From Prosthecobacter sp. (GTDB lineage: Bacteria > Verrucomicrobiota > Verrucomicrobiia > Verrucomicrobiales > Verrucomicrobiaceae): DNA of 64,000 nucleotides. Positions within the stretch are counted from its first letter, which is position 1, and every line of letters starts with the position of its first letter. The position numbers were made by a program, and so were the translations under genes. The notes below the pieces were generated by a model. The model was not told where the DNA came from. It did no database searches and saw nothing but the letters and a program-made list of their open reading frames with translations. The stretch is taken from assembly GCA_044345155.1 (NCBI GenBank), contig JBIJBP010000001.1:58800-122799 (forward strand). The letters are read 5' to 3'. Of the stretch, positions 63,532 to 64,000 are shown in pieces.

Positions 63532-64000
63532 GAACGGTCCTCCTCAAGGTGCGAGATGGCCTTTTGCACGAGCGCTGCCGCCTGCTGCTGGTCCGCCGGC
63601 AAGGGGGCGAAGGCAAGCTGGTCCCAGAGCTCGGCCAGGGGGGCGTACCTTTGCAGCCGCGGCGAGGTCGCCGGCATGGCTCCGTGGATAAACAATTCGT
63701 TCGTCGTGCGGAACGGAGCGGGGATCTTGTAGCGGTCGTAAAAATAAATGCGCAGCGTCTCGGAGACGTCGGCGGCGGTCCTGGCGGGAGGCTGCTGCGA
63801 GGCTTTCGCCAGAATGTCACGCAGGCGGTTCATCGCGGCGGTGTAGGGTTTCTTCATGGGCGGCGGCGAGGTCCTCGCGGGACGCATCAGCAGCCAGAAG
63901 ACAAGCCCCAGCAGAATGATCACCAGGCCTCCAGCCGAGGCATAGACCCACCATTCAGGACCAGAGGTCACCAGGGCGGGGTCCGGCAGCTCAGGATGAG
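63528..64000 (-). CDS. DUF4381-family membrane protein, 5' end beyond the window
   Basis: The frame stays open to the window edge (...HPELPDPALVTSGPEWWVYASAGGLVIILLGLVFWLLMR). The proline-rich segment, W-W and single TM helix fit the DUF4381 proteins found upstream of batA in MoxR-DUF58-Bat operons. Confidence 0.7.
   Translation of the reverse strand, partial: HPELPDPALVTSGPEWWVYASAGGLVIILLGLVFWLLMRPARTSPPPMKKPYTAAMNRLRDILAKASQQPPARTAADVSETLRIYFYDRYKIPAPFRTTNELFIHGAMPATSPRLQRYAPLAELWDQLAFAPLPADQQQAAALVQKAISHLEEDRS

Overview
High-GC chromosomal segment. Its gene content points to a Verrucomicrobiota / PVC-superphylum genome: a PEP-CTERM-anchored giant repeat protein, a DUF1592/DUF1552 pair, PSCyt-type cytochrome-domain proteins, a prepilin-like N-terminus and a Bat operon. 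About 31% of the window is one uninterrupted 19,971-nt ORF on the minus strand (12030..32000). It encodes a 6,656-aa protein with a signal-like N-terminus, many autotransporter-associated beta-strand (PATR) repeats and a PEP-CTERM tail. The rest of the window holds several groups of genes. Housekeeping genes are lepA, xerD, kdsB, pyrG, purA, prfC and amt. Envelope and sugar-nucleotide genes are an epimerase/dehydratase, a DegT-type aminotransferase, an LPS-kinase-like gene and a GHMP kinase. There is an ECF sigma factor with an anti-sigma factor fused to a YfbK-like VWA module, and an ExbB-ExbD-TPR cluster. A Bat aerotolerance-type operon (DUF4381, BatA, fused BatB/C, fused BatD/E) runs off the 3' end of the window. 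The most interesting item lies just downstream of the Bat genes on the same strand. It is a clear MglA-type Ras-like GTPase gene, separated by 1 nt from an 888-aa protein that has a Roadblock/LC7 (MglB-like) domain only at its C-terminus. That domain is preceded by about 750 aa of Pro/Ala/Ser-rich sequence carrying ten exact S-P-F motifs. Other observations: two near-identical sigma-54-type -24/-12 motifs (upstream of amt and, unexpectedly, lepA); a 110-bp island of about 22% GC with a perfect 16-bp palindrome in front of an orphan deviant P-loop gene; and two good bidirectional intrinsic terminators. I recognised no tRNA, rRNA, CRISPR array or insertion sequence. The many long ORFs antisense to real genes are treated as high-GC shadow ORFs. 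All functional calls come from reading the translations for motifs; no database search was possible.
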